A stretch of DNA of 64,000 bases, from contig CALIJJ010000065.1 of assembly GCA_938017515.1 (NCBI GenBank), positions 1,177-65,176 of the forward strand, in the 5' to 3' direction. The position numbers were made by a program, and so were the translations under genes. The notes below the pieces were generated by a model, which saw nothing but the letters and a program-made list of their open reading frames with translations, had not been told where the DNA came from and did no database searches. Source of the DNA: an uncultured Pseudanabaenaceae cyanobacterium. Lineage in GTDB: Bacteria; Cyanobacteriota; Cyanobacteriia; PCC-9006; JAAUQQ01. Positions 1-9,545 of the stretch are shown piece after piece; the first letter of the stretch is position 1, and the number at the start of each line of letters is the position of its first letter.

Positions 1-169
1 CTTCGGGCACTGCCGCCGCATCGCCACCGCCCTGGGCACTACCGTATGAATCCGGCGCTGAACCTTGGAAAGCATTACCCAGCATGGGCGCAATGGAAAT
101 TCCGAGGAAGCCCACACAGCATACCGCTAGAAAAATCTTGACCGCCCAATTACTCCGTTTCCGCGCCAC
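1..169 (-). CDS. 5' part of a membrane-anchored protein (likely TPR family), runs off the window start
   Basis: Manual translation from GTG at 169: MARKRSNWAVKIFLAVCCVGFLGISIAPMLGNAFQG...; basic N-terminus followed by a hydrophobic helix; open to position 1. Confidence 0.6.
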   Translation of the reverse strand, partial: MARKRSNWAVKIFLAVCCVGFLGISIAPMLGNAFQGSAPDSYGSAQGGGDAAAVPE

Positions 170-625
170 GTTCCTTTGCCTCTCAATTGCAAACTTGTGA
201 TGTCTCGCTCAAAACCGACCGACTTTGCTCGGCGAATCTTGAGCAGCGCCCGCGCTTCAAACGCTCACTTGCGTATTGATGAGGACACGTTTCCTAACAT
301 ATCGCAAGCTTCCTGGGATGGTCTTTCACAGAATGCCGCTTGTCAAGGGCTGAGCCTACAAAATTTTGCAGCGAGTCCACGAAAATCTCAGCGGCCTATA
401 AGTCTTGACGATAAAATAAATTAGACGAGAAAGAAGACAGCGATGGCCGCGGAGCTTCGCGAGGGAACGACTCCCCAGGAGGGAGATGCCCCCAAACCCT
501 TCTTTCGTGTTTGTTCTATGAATTTTCAGTAAAAAAATCATTATTCAGAGGCTTTCGTAAAAAAAACCACTGATTAGTGATCTATTTTTCTGGATCTAAT
601 AAGGAACCAACGAACATATAGATAA

Positions 626-740
626 GGGTGGCAACACCCCGTGGGTCCTTCTGGCACAAGTGGTACCCTGAGTTTGGACTTTCCCTGGTGATGGTTTCAT
701 TCCAGTGGGAATACTGACATCACGGCTATCGTGCGTGAAA
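626..740 (+). promoter_or_regulatory. Candidate structured 5' leader / cis-RNA
   Basis: GGGTG-GCAA-CACCC GNRA hairpin (626-639), followed by further stems at 643-668, 681-710 and about 721-733. Confidence 0.35.
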
Positions 741-766
741 AAAGGAACGCTCCTATTTACCTCGTT

Positions 767-808
767 TGGTATCCCCGGCTTGGTATCTCCGGCCTGGTAT
801 CTCTGGCC
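767..808. repeat. 3 x 14-bp tandem repeat (TGGTATCYCYGGCY)
   Basis: TGGTATCCCCGGCT / TGGTATCTCCGGCC / TGGTATCTCTGGCC. Confidence 0.9.
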
Positions 809-856
809 CTGTCGGAATACCCGTAGCGGTCACACATAATCACTCTCCCGCCCCCC

Positions 857-1783
857 ATGACAGCGAACACAGCAGCTAATACAGCTCCAGGCAAATCGTC
901 ATCCCGCGGTGCAACTCCAGCAGCAGCCAACACGCTGCCTCTGCGCCAGGAGCCCATTCCGCAGCCGAGTGAACCGATGCAGTTTCGGGCCATTGGCCTG
1001 GTGCGGGCACGCTACACTCCAAGCGAAGAGCAGATCACGAAAGGGATATGCACAACACCTGATGGGGCAACCATCGAGGCCGTTTTGCTCGGTCGCATCA
1101 TGAGCCTGGTCAAAAAGCACATTGACCTGGAGCAAGAGCATCTTTGGGTGGTCTATCCCAGAACACGCGAAAAAGAGGGCGATCTCCATGTTCAAGTCGT
1201 GGGGGTTTGGGAGCCGGAAACACTACAGAAAGACATCCTCAAGGGCGATGAACCCGAGGATTCGGAAGAAGGCTTGCCTCGCCCGGTCCGACCGAAGCCT
1301 CCCATCAAGTCTTCAGACGATCTAGAGGACGGCTATTTTTCCATTCGCGGAGAAGTTGTGTTCCATTCGATGGAACGTCAGCACATTGTCATCAAGATTA
1401 AGCAGGCACCCAAGCCCAACGATCGCAAGGGGCGCAGCTTTAAGCTTCAGCTCAAGGGAAAACTGGGCCCGAAAGCCATTCACCACTTCTGGGATCTGAA
1501 GGTCATCCGCGAGGGCGATCAGCTGGTCGTCAAGGAAGGCATTTGCATCGGTGCGATTCCCCAACGACGCTCCTTCCGCAAGGGCGGTGGTGGCGGCGGC
1601 GGTCGTCGTCCCGGCGGTCGCCGTCCCGGTGGCCCCCCGCAGCGTCGCCCCGGCGCTGGTGGTCCGCCTCGACGCGTCGAAGGCGGTGGCAGTCGTCCCA
1701 CAAAGACCAAGCCGGTGCTGAAGAAACGCGAAGACCAGTCTGAGGGTGAAGCTCCGGCACAGTCTCAACCCGTGGAAAGCTAG
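857..1783 (+). CDS. Conserved cyanobacterial hypothetical protein with Arg/Gly/Pro-rich C-terminal tail
   Basis: 308-aa ORF with globular blocks (MQFRAIGLV, LWVVYPRT, YFSIRGEV, HFWDL), GGRRP repeats and a terminator downstream. Confidence 0.85.
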   Translation: MTANTAANTAPGKSSSRGATPAAANTLPLRQEPIPQPSEPMQFRAIGLVRARYTPSEEQITKGICTTPDGATIEAVLLGRIMSLVKKHIDLEQEHLWVVYPRTREKEGDLHVQVVGVWEPETLQKDILKGDEPEDSEEGLPRPVRPKPPIKSSDDLEDGYFSIRGEVVFHSMERQHIVIKIKQAPKPNDRKGRSFKLQLKGKLGPKAIHHFWDLKVIREGDQLVVKEGICIGAIPQRRSFRKGGGGGGGRRPGGRRPGGPPQRRPGAGGPPRRVEGGGSRPTKTKPVLKKREDQSEGEAPAQSQPVES

Positions 1784-1823
1784 GCTCACAGGTCTAAGGG
1801 CTATATTCCTTACCAATCCCATC

Positions 1824-1866
1824 AAAAAGCCAGCGGGAGCGTTGTAACACTCCCGCTGGCTTTTTT
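1824..1866. terminator. Bidirectional intrinsic terminator
   Basis: AAAAAGCCAGCGGGAG...CTCCCGCTGGCTTTTTT between convergent genes. Confidence 0.9.
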
Positions 1867-1918
1867 GGGTTCTACAGTCCCGTCCACAGGCTTCTGCTTC
1901 AACGTAAGGCAATGGAAA

Positions 1919-3154
1919 TTAGGCAGGGCCGATGGCTGCGATCGCCTTCTCCAGGGCGATCGCCACATGGGTCCAGTGGGTACCCCCCTGGCAAAACACC
2001 ACATAGGGCTCCCTCAATGGACCATCCGCCGAAAATTCCGACGTGCTCCCATCCACAAACGTCCCCCCCGCCATCACCAACTCGCTTTCGTACCCCGGCT
2101 GATTCCCCGGCGTGGGGTCCAAATAGGAACCCACGGGCGAAACCTGCTGAATCGCCTTACAAAACGCCACCAGCTTCTCCGGTGAGCCCAGACGAATCGC
2201 CTGGATCACATCCCGCCGCTGCGCCTGGGGCAGCGGATTCACGTCATAGCCAAGGTCATGGAAGACCTGGGCCACCAGATGCGTCCCCTTAATCGCCTCT
2301 CCCACCATCTGAGGTGCCAAGAACAGTCCCTGGAACATCAGACGGCTTTGATCAAACGTCGCTCCTCCCTCACTGCCAATCCCCGGTGCCGTCAAACGAC
2401 AGGCAGTAGCTTCAACTAAATCGGCCTTGCCTGCCACATAACCTCCAGCGGTAACAATGGTGCCCCCAGGGTTCTTAATTAGGGAACCCGCCATGAGATC
2501 AGCACCGACCGCCGTGGGCTCTCGATCTTCAATAAATTCGCCATAGCAATTGTCCACAAAGCAAACGGTGTTGGGATTTTGCCGCTTCACGCTCTGAACA
2601 ATGCGCTCGATCTGATCAATCGACAGGCTCTGGCGCCAGGAATATCCGCAGGAGCGCTGAATCAAGACGAGGCGAGTGCGATCGCCCACCGCCGTCCCTA
2701 GGCCATCCCAATCAATGCCCCCATCCGCCGCTAGCTCCAACTGCCGATAGTCCACACCAAAATCCTTCAGGGAGCCCTGCCCTTCCCCCCGCAGACCAAT
2801 GACTTCCTCCAGCGTGTCATAGGGCGCCCCAGCCACCGCCAGCATCTCGTCTCCAGGACGCAGCACACCATAGAGCGCCGAGGCGATCGCATGGGTCCCC
2901 GAGACAAACTGCACTCGCACAATCGCAGCCTCAGCACCAAAAACCTCGGCATAGACTTGGTCCAGAACCTGGCGCCCCAAGTCATCGTGGCCATAGCCAC
3001 TCACACTAGAGAAATGGTGCACACCCACACGATGATTCCGAAACGCCATCAGGACACGACGCAAATTTTCCTTGACCTGTGTGTCAATTCCCGAAAAGAT
3101 CTTAAGGAGTGCATCTTCTGCTTGACGAATTGGCTTTTGATACTGATCAACCAT
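1919..3154 (-). CDS. Methionine gamma-lyase-like / aluminium-resistance (YnbB) family PLP enzyme
   Basis: SGYGHDDLGR, QFVSGTHAI, FVDNCYGEF, AGSLIKNPGG (PLP Lys), EFSADGP. Confidence 0.9.
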   Translation of the reverse strand: MVDQYQKPIRQAEDALLKIFSGIDTQVKENLRRVLMAFRNHRVGVHHFSSVSGYGHDDLGRQVLDQVYAEVFGAEAAIVRVQFVSGTHAIASALYGVLRPGDEMLAVAGAPYDTLEEVIGLRGEGQGSLKDFGVDYRQLELAADGGIDWDGLGTAVGDRTRLVLIQRSCGYSWRQSLSIDQIERIVQSVKRQNPNTVCFVDNCYGEFIEDREPTAVGADLMAGSLIKNPGGTIVTAGGYVAGKADLVEATACRLTAPGIGSEGGATFDQSRLMFQGLFLAPQMVGEAIKGTHLVAQVFHDLGYDVNPLPQAQRRDVIQAIRLGSPEKLVAFCKAIQQVSPVGSYLDPTPGNQPGYESELVMAGGTFVDGSTSEFSADGPLREPYVVFCQGGTHWTHVAIALEKAIAAIGPA

Positions 3155-3401
3155 CGGTCTGCTTAATAATCGGATATGATGCGAACAGTGGACGGACTAA
3201 TTCTCCAGTATGCGCTACGAAGAGACCGCCACTGTTCCATCGAATTTCTATCGCTTCCGGCCTTATACCAAGCCCTTCCCAAGAGCGTCTTGGTAGCCAC
3301 CGGTCTTTTCTGAAAAGTAGGTCCTTGCCCGAAGAAGGATCCCCAAGACCTGAAGAGGCCTTCTTCGCGTAGGAAGTTTCTGTCGTTTCTCCAACCTCTG
3401 C

Positions 3402-4226
3402 ATGACTGTCGCAATTGATAAAAAGCAGCTTCCCGTTGAGTGGCCCACATTACTATTCATGGCAGCTGTCCATGTCGGTGCCCTCTTTGCCCTACTGCCC
3501 AGTAACTTTAGTTGGAAAGCTGTGGGTCTACTGGTGTTCCTCCACTGGTTCACCGGCTGTCTTGGCATTACCTTGGGCTGGCACCGTCTCATCTCCCATC
3601 GCAGCTTCAAGACTCCCAAGTGGCTAGAATATTTTTTCGTATTCTGCGGCAGCTTATCCTGCCAAAGTGGACCCACTGAGTGGGTCGGCCTCCATCGCCA
3701 CCACCATGCCCACTCCGATCAGGCGATCGATCACCATGATTCCAACAAGGGCTTCTGGTGGAGCCATATTGGATGGCTATTTCGCGAAGTTCCTGCGAAG
3801 CAAGAAATTGCTCGCTTCACCCGCGATATCGCCAACGACCCGGTCTATCGTTTCTTCGACAAGTATTTCTTGCCCCTGCAAATTGCGCTGGGCCTAGTTC
3901 TTTACGCCTTCGGTGGCTGGTCCTTTGTGGTCTGGGGCATTTTTGTTCGCCTGGTTGTGGTCTACCACTGCACCTGGTTCGTCAACAGCGCCACCCACAA
4001 GTTTGGCTACCGCACCTACGAAGACTCCGGCGACAAATCCACCAACTGCTGGTGGGTCGCAGTCTTGACCTATGGCGAAGGCTGGCACAACAACCACCAC
4101 CGCTTTCAATACTCAGCTCGCCACGGGCTGAAGTGGTGGGAGTTTGATGTGACCTGGCTAACGATTGCAACACTCCAGCGTTTAGGCTTAGCCCAGGATG
4201 TCAAGCTAGCACGCACTGAGTCTTAG
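3402..4226 (+). CDS. desC: Acyl-lipid delta-9 desaturase
   Basis: His boxes HRLISH, HRHHH and HNNHH; GITLGWHR, NSATH, GEGWHNNHH. Confidence 0.93.
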   Translation: MTVAIDKKQLPVEWPTLLFMAAVHVGALFALLPSNFSWKAVGLLVFLHWFTGCLGITLGWHRLISHRSFKTPKWLEYFFVFCGSLSCQSGPTEWVGLHRHHHAHSDQAIDHHDSNKGFWWSHIGWLFREVPAKQEIARFTRDIANDPVYRFFDKYFLPLQIALGLVLYAFGGWSFVVWGIFVRLVVVYHCTWFVNSATHKFGYRTYEDSGDKSTNCWWVAVLTYGEGWHNNHHRFQYSARHGLKWWEFDVTWLTIATLQRLGLAQDVKLARTES

Positions 4227-4294
4227 ATTGTGAATAAACTGCAGCTTCCATGTCTTTTGAGCTGGTGAGCCGCCCAACAAGCAATCGATAAATC

Positions 4295-4329
4295 AAAAAA
4301 GCGGACGCCCTAGGAGCGTCCGCTTTTTT
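4295..4329. terminator. Bidirectional intrinsic terminator
   Basis: AAAAAAGCGGACGC...GCGTCCGCTTTTTT. Confidence 0.9.
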
Positions 4330-4370
4330 GTGAGTCTTTGCTCGGGGTCCAAGCCACAAGCGCCCTCTAT

Positions 4371-4400
4371 TCAAAACACAACTGATCAAAACGCAACTGA
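4371..4400. repeat. 2 x 15-bp tandem duplication
   Basis: TCAAAACACAACTGA / TCAAAACGCAACTGA. Confidence 0.85.
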
Positions 4401-4481
4401 ACTCAACCACGCGATTGGCATCCCCCAGCCAGCAGAATCGTATGAACAGAAGACTCGCATGAACAGGACCAAGGCTGCTCT

Positions 4482-4826
4482 CTAAGCCGAGACCAAGGGT
4501 TCCTCTAAACGCAAGCCTAAGAGCACAAAAATTCTTCGCTCCACTTCCCCGGATACGCCACTGGAAGCTGTCCCTTGGGCAACCAAGCGACGGTGGATCT
4601 GCGCATAGCTTTCTAGGGACGTAATGACGCGCTCAATCTGCACATCATCCAAGTAAAGACCTTCCACCACAGCATTCAGATCAGCATCCTCTGTGGCAGA
4701 GAGGTTACGGCCCGGCGCTGCCACCACACGGAGGCGATCGCGTCGCTGATGAAGCAACCGACGGATATAGTACTGGGCCATCAAAGACAGGTCACAAACG
4801 GGCCTCTGCGGTTGAAACTCTTGCAT
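4482..4826 (-). CDS. Hypothetical protein (114 aa, helical)
   Basis: ATG-initiated ORF filling the desC-desA gap, with protein-like composition. Confidence 0.65.
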   Translation of the reverse strand: MQEFQPQRPVCDLSLMAQYYIRRLLHQRRDRLRVVAAPGRNLSATEDADLNAVVEGLYLDDVQIERVITSLESYAQIHRRLVAQGTASSGVSGEVERRIFVLLGLRLEEPLVSA

Positions 4827-5069
4827 CGTCGGTAGACTTCCCCAGACCTATCAGCGCAGAACGTAATGGAAATTACTTTTCCCAGAGAATTGTATTGCAC
4901 ACTACAGAACGAATAATGCGCCATTTGACGTAGATTCCAACAGGAGAGCGCACTTACCACGTACCAGCCAAGACACGAATCATGCTATATGTGATGAGGT
5001 TTGTTGAGATTCATTAACATCTCTCAGGCTTTCTTAACTCCTTTGACCTCTATCGCTTCAATAACTTGC

Positions 5070-6137
5070 ATGGTCACCACACCCAAAGCTCTCAGTGTTC
5101 CTGTTCCCGGTAAGCTACCTGATCTCGACCCCAGCGTGCGCCTCCGAGACGTCATTCAGACCATCCCGAAGGAAGTATTCGAGAAGAATGCGATCAAAGC
5201 CTGGACAACCGTGCTCATCAGCGTTGTCTCTGTCGTTGGCTCCTATGCCTTGCTGGCGCTGTCTCCTTGGTACTTGCTCCCCTTTGCCTGGGCATTGACA
5301 GGAACAGCACTGACGGGCTGGTTCGTGGTGGGTCATGACTGTGGTCATCGTTCCTTTTCCAACAGCACCCGCGTCAATAACATCGTGGGTCACCTGGCTT
5401 TTCTGCCGCTGTTCTACCCCTTCCACGCTTGGCGCATCCTGCATAACTACCACCACAAGCACACCAACAAATTGGATGTGGACAATGCTTGGGACCCTGC
5501 GTTTCCCGAAGAGTTCTTGGAATCCTCCAAACCCATGCAACTCATTTATGGGATGCTGCGCGGTCGGTTCTGGTGGCTAGGCTCCATCGCTCACTGGGCA
5601 ACCCGCCACTTTGCTTGGAATAGCTTTGAAGGCAAGCAACGCGAGCAGATTCGCTTCTCAGCATTGTTTGTGATCGTGGGTGCGGCGATCGCCTTCCCCG
5701 TCATGGTTGCCACCCTCGGCGTTTGGGGCGTCATCAAGTTCTGGTTGTTGCCTTGGATGGTCTACCACTTCTGGATGAGCACCTTCACCATCGTTCACCA
5801 CACCGCACCGGACATCCCTTTCCGTCCCGCCAACGTCTGGAATGAAGCCCAAGCTCAGCTCGCCGGCACCGTGCATTGCGATTACCCCGCTTGGGTCGAG
5901 TTCCTCTGCCACGACATCAACGTCCACATTCCCCACCATGTGAGCACCGCTATTCCGTCCTACAACCTGCGTAAAGCCCACCACATGATGCAGGAAACCT
6001 GGGGCGAGCACATGATTGAGCGGAAGTTCTCCTGGGCTTTGATGAAGGAAATTACCGAGCACTGTCAGGTCTATTGCGAAGACTACTGGTACCAGAGCAT
6101 TACTTCCCTGCGCGCCAAGCATGCTGCCAAGGTGTAG
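5070..6137 (+). CDS. desA: Acyl-lipid delta-12 desaturase
   Basis: GHDCGH, HNYHH and HIPHH boxes; AIPSYNL; start taken at ATG 5070. Confidence 0.92.
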   Translation: MVTTPKALSVPVPGKLPDLDPSVRLRDVIQTIPKEVFEKNAIKAWTTVLISVVSVVGSYALLALSPWYLLPFAWALTGTALTGWFVVGHDCGHRSFSNSTRVNNIVGHLAFLPLFYPFHAWRILHNYHHKHTNKLDVDNAWDPAFPEEFLESSKPMQLIYGMLRGRFWWLGSIAHWATRHFAWNSFEGKQREQIRFSALFVIVGAAIAFPVMVATLGVWGVIKFWLLPWMVYHFWMSTFTIVHHTAPDIPFRPANVWNEAQAQLAGTVHCDYPAWVEFLCHDINVHIPHHVSTAIPSYNLRKAHHMMQETWGEHMIERKFSWALMKEITEHCQVYCEDYWYQSITSLRAKHAAKV

Positions 6138-6256
6138 CTCAAGATTGGCGAGGAAACACTTGAGTTTCGGCCACCAATTCCGACATCACTTGACTTGACG
6201 CCCTAAAATTGCGTCTCGCGATCAAGCAAAAAACGCAGCGTATCGCTGACAATAGG

Positions 6257-6289
6257 GAGGCATGGAGATAACCCCGTGCCTCTTTTTTT
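6257..6289 (+). terminator. Probable desA terminator
   Basis: GAGGCATGG...CCGTGCCTC followed by a T7 tract. Confidence 0.65.
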
Positions 6290-6319
6290 GACTTATTGAT
6301 TTTTATTGAAGCTGGCGCT

Positions 6320-7201
6320 ATGTTTCAACGCATTCTAATTTGCACCGACCTCAGCGATGGCATTGAGCGCCTAGTACAATTCGTGCCTCAGCTTGCCCAA
6401 ACCGGCGCGGAAAAACTTGTGTTCCTACACAGCGTTCCGATGGAAGACGACTGTGAGATACCCCATGAAGACCGTGAAGCCGTCCATGCGGCCAAGCAGG
6501 CTCTGGCTCCCGCCCTTGAAGCTTCAGTGCAACAGGCGGCAAAAGATCAGGGGACCGAGGTTATCGTCGAAGTCGATTCCGGCTCCCCAGGAGGTGCCAT
6601 ACTCGCAGCCCTGAAGAAGCACAATATTGATCTAGTGCTGTTCGGGTCGCCCATCCGCAGCCTACTCACCCAAAAGCTATTTGGTAGCACTGCCGCCGGT
6701 CTTTCCAGCAAGATCCAGTGCCCCATGATGACGTTGCGTCCTCCCGTCGTTTCAACCTACATGGAAGCAGAGCTGGCCATTCGTTGCCAGAACCTCTTTA
6801 GCCAATTGCTGGTTCCCTACGACGGTAGCAAGTCCGCCAACTACACCCTGGCTCAGATCAAAAAGCAGGTGACAGACAATCCAAAGTCAACGCTCAAGGG
6901 TTGCACCCTAGTGTGGGTGATCGATACGGGCAGCCGCTTCCAGAAAGATGAGGCAGATGTTAAGGCCCAGCTAGCCCAAGCCCAAGCAGAGCTCGAAGCC
7001 GTCGGTTTGACCGTCGAGATCAGGCTGAAGAAAGGGACACCCATGGAACAGATCATGCGAACGGCGACCGTGGAGGATATCAGCGCGATCGCCCTCTCCG
7101 ACAGCAAACCCAATCGCCTCCTTGAGTGGTCCGTCTCCAGCTTCGGCACTGAAGTCCTGCGCCAATCCTGGCACCCCGTCCTGTTCTTCCCTCCGGCCTA
7201 A
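6320..7201 (+). CDS. Universal stress protein (tandem USP domains)
   Basis: MFQRILICTDLS, LFGSTA, LLVPYDGS, HPVLF. Confidence 0.88.
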   Translation: MFQRILICTDLSDGIERLVQFVPQLAQTGAEKLVFLHSVPMEDDCEIPHEDREAVHAAKQALAPALEASVQQAAKDQGTEVIVEVDSGSPGGAILAALKKHNIDLVLFGSPIRSLLTQKLFGSTAAGLSSKIQCPMMTLRPPVVSTYMEAELAIRCQNLFSQLLVPYDGSKSANYTLAQIKKQVTDNPKSTLKGCTLVWVIDTGSRFQKDEADVKAQLAQAQAELEAVGLTVEIRLKKGTPMEQIMRTATVEDISAIALSDSKPNRLLEWSVSSFGTEVLRQSWHPVLFFPPA

Positions 7202-7208
7202 AAGCGGT

Positions 7209-8783
7209 CTAAGCCTCTAAGCCCGGAATCCGCGTGCCGCCCACCTTCTCCAGGGAGTCCAAATTCTCCTGCACCTTAGGCTTGATGTGGTCAAGCTCGT
7301 GACGCAGCATCTCCTTACTGATGGTGGGTTGCTCTGCCCCCTGCCAGGTACGGGCATTGATAATCCACTGCTTCATCAAACCGCACTGCGCAGGATTAAT
7401 TTTAGTGGTGAGGAGGTGAGAACAGCGCTGGGGCTCCTCCAGGGCAAAGAACAAAATGCGATAGTTGCCTTGCTCCGAAAGAATCGACAGGTATTCCTGG
7501 CCTTGGGCACTTTTCAAATCCAGATAGCAGGTCAGCCAGCGGGCCTCTTCTGAATCATGGTAGAAGCGATTGTGCAGAGCGGTCAGCCACATCACCATGG
7601 GGTGGGGTGACATGGTGCAAAGGAAATTGCGATAGATCTGAGTATAGAGACGGCTCATCTTGAGCTGCTCGATCTCTTCTTTGGGAAGCATCACCCACAG
7701 CGTTAGCAGTGGGTCGGTACTGGTCTTGATTTTCCGCGGAAAGACAATGCGCTTGATGGGCTTGTTCTTAGGCCAAGCCTGGAGATAACAAATTTCCTCC
7801 GCCGTTGGCGGCGCATCAGCCCCTTTGCGATCATCCTTCAGGACCGGAAGCCGAGCCAGCGTTGACTGAATTCGGTGGCCAATTTGACGCCCCACATCAA
7901 AACGCTGATCCAGGGGATTGAGATTTTGAATAATCTCTTCGATCTTCTGAGGGCGATCTTCGACCTTCTTGGCCAGACAGGCGTAGATCAAATTGGACAA
8001 ACTGCCGGGCACCTTGAGGTCCGGTATCACCTCCTCAAGCTTGCGAGGCTCCTGAAAATGATGGGCCTTGTACCAGCCCCCGAACGTATGATTTTCGGTG
8101 TAGACCGGCAGCTTACCGGTGAGGCTCTGGTACATCAAAATGCCCAGGCTATAGATATCTGAGCGCTGATCCAGCTCCTTGCCTTCCATCTGCTCCGGCG
8201 AAGAATAGGCCAGCGTCCCCATGAATCCCTGGGTCTGGCTTGCGTCTTCCTGCAACAACTTGGCAATGCCAAAGTCTAAGACCTTGGACAGCTCCCCCAT
8301 GGTCTCGTCAGGGGTCACCAAAATATTGCTGGGCTTGATATCCCGGTGAATGATGGGACACATCTTGCCATCCACCGAAATCCCTTCATGGGCAGCCTTG
8401 AGCCCCATGCAGGTCTGGCGCATGATGCCCAAAAAGCGGGGCAACGCCAGGGGCTGCTTTTGAATCAGGGTGCTGAGGTTCTCCCCCTGAAGATATTCCA
8501 TGACGTAGAACGGAATATCGTTCTCATCGACGCCAAAATCACTGACGCGGACAATGTGAATACTTTTTTGGCCCAACTGGGCGCAGGTGCGGGCTTCTGA
8601 GAAGAAGCGATCGCGCATCTTCTCACTCAGCAGTGTTTGGGAGAGAAATTTAACCGCAACCGCGCCGCCCAGAAGCACATGCTTAGCGAGATAGACACGG
8701 CCCATTGCCCCTTTTCCCACCAGCTCGATGAGCTCGTAGCGACTATCAAGGACACGGCCTACATTGGGGTCGGGAGATGCCAT
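7209..8783 (-). CDS. spkA: Ser/Thr protein kinase, SpkA-like
   Basis: GKGAMG, VAVKFLSQTLL, HRDIKPSN, DFG, GTLAYSSPEQ; the C-terminal WPKNKP / SPHPMVMW / CYLDLK domain matches Synechocystis SpkA as I recall it. Confidence 0.82.
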   Translation of the reverse strand: MASPDPNVGRVLDSRYELIELVGKGAMGRVYLAKHVLLGGAVAVKFLSQTLLSEKMRDRFFSEARTCAQLGQKSIHIVRVSDFGVDENDIPFYVMEYLQGENLSTLIQKQPLALPRFLGIMRQTCMGLKAAHEGISVDGKMCPIIHRDIKPSNILVTPDETMGELSKVLDFGIAKLLQEDASQTQGFMGTLAYSSPEQMEGKELDQRSDIYSLGILMYQSLTGKLPVYTENHTFGGWYKAHHFQEPRKLEEVIPDLKVPGSLSNLIYACLAKKVEDRPQKIEEIIQNLNPLDQRFDVGRQIGHRIQSTLARLPVLKDDRKGADAPPTAEEICYLQAWPKNKPIKRIVFPRKIKTSTDPLLTLWVMLPKEEIEQLKMSRLYTQIYRNFLCTMSPHPMVMWLTALHNRFYHDSEEARWLTCYLDLKSAQGQEYLSILSEQGNYRILFFALEEPQRCSHLLTTKINPAQCGLMKQWIINARTWQGAEQPTISKEMLRHELDHIKPKVQENLDSLEKVGGTRIPGLEA

Positions 8784-9068
8784 GGGAGGATTGACGCGTT
8801 GCGATACCAAGACTGCGGCCTCAATCGAGTTCGAAAAGAGTTTATCGATGGAGCATAGGCACCCGATCGCCGCAAGTTCCAAAAACGCGCCGCGAACCGA
8901 TCATGACCGATAACTCCACGGGGTCCTGCCGCCCCCTGATATAAAGCTGTAATGAAAATTACCTGCTTTCAAAAGTTTACTCTGAAGTTGCTAGGGGGGA
9001 ACTCCGTAGCGTTAACCAACTCTCTTTACACTGGCTATCGGAAAAGTTCAGCATTCCTACCTTAAAAC

Positions 9069-9512
9069 TTAGGACGCGCTGCGGGACAGTCTTGCTTCCA
9101 GGGCTGAGGTCAATCGATGGCCGGACATCACCGCGCTGGACCAGCGATAGGTCTGGCGATTGACGCAATAAATCGTATCGAAACCGCTCCGGCGCTGGTT
9201 ATCCTTGAGAGCCCAGTAGCGTTGAATAATTGACTCAGGCGCGAGCCACCCCTCCCCTTCCGCTTTGCCCAGGAGGCTATGCTCCATGACAAAGCTATAG
9301 CGCTGGGTCGCACTGTCAAAACGCCCCTTGTAGCGATACACAATATCCGGTGTGTCATCGTCAAACACAAGCTTCGTCACCATGGCAAACCAAGTATCCT
9401 TTCCCCAGGACACCAGCGTCTTACCTCGAAGCGGAATCGTATGACCGTCACGCCCAATCCAGTTGCCATCAATGGTCCAACTGCCAGGCTCAATGAGGAA
9501 CGAATGGGCCAC
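9069..9512 (-). CDS. Conserved cyanobacterial hypothetical protein (beta-rich)
   Basis: 147-aa ORF co-oriented within the gene run; HSFLIEPGSW, GEGWLAPESIIQRYW. Confidence 0.8.
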   Translation of the reverse strand: MAHSFLIEPGSWTIDGNWIGRDGHTIPLRGKTLVSWGKDTWFAMVTKLVFDDDTPDIVYRYKGRFDSATQRYSFVMEHSLLGKAEGEGWLAPESIIQRYWALKDNQRRSGFDTIYCVNRQTYRWSSAVMSGHRLTSALEARLSRSAS

Positions 9513-9545
9513 CTGAAATGCGTTCCATGCTTGAATCGTTGCGCC

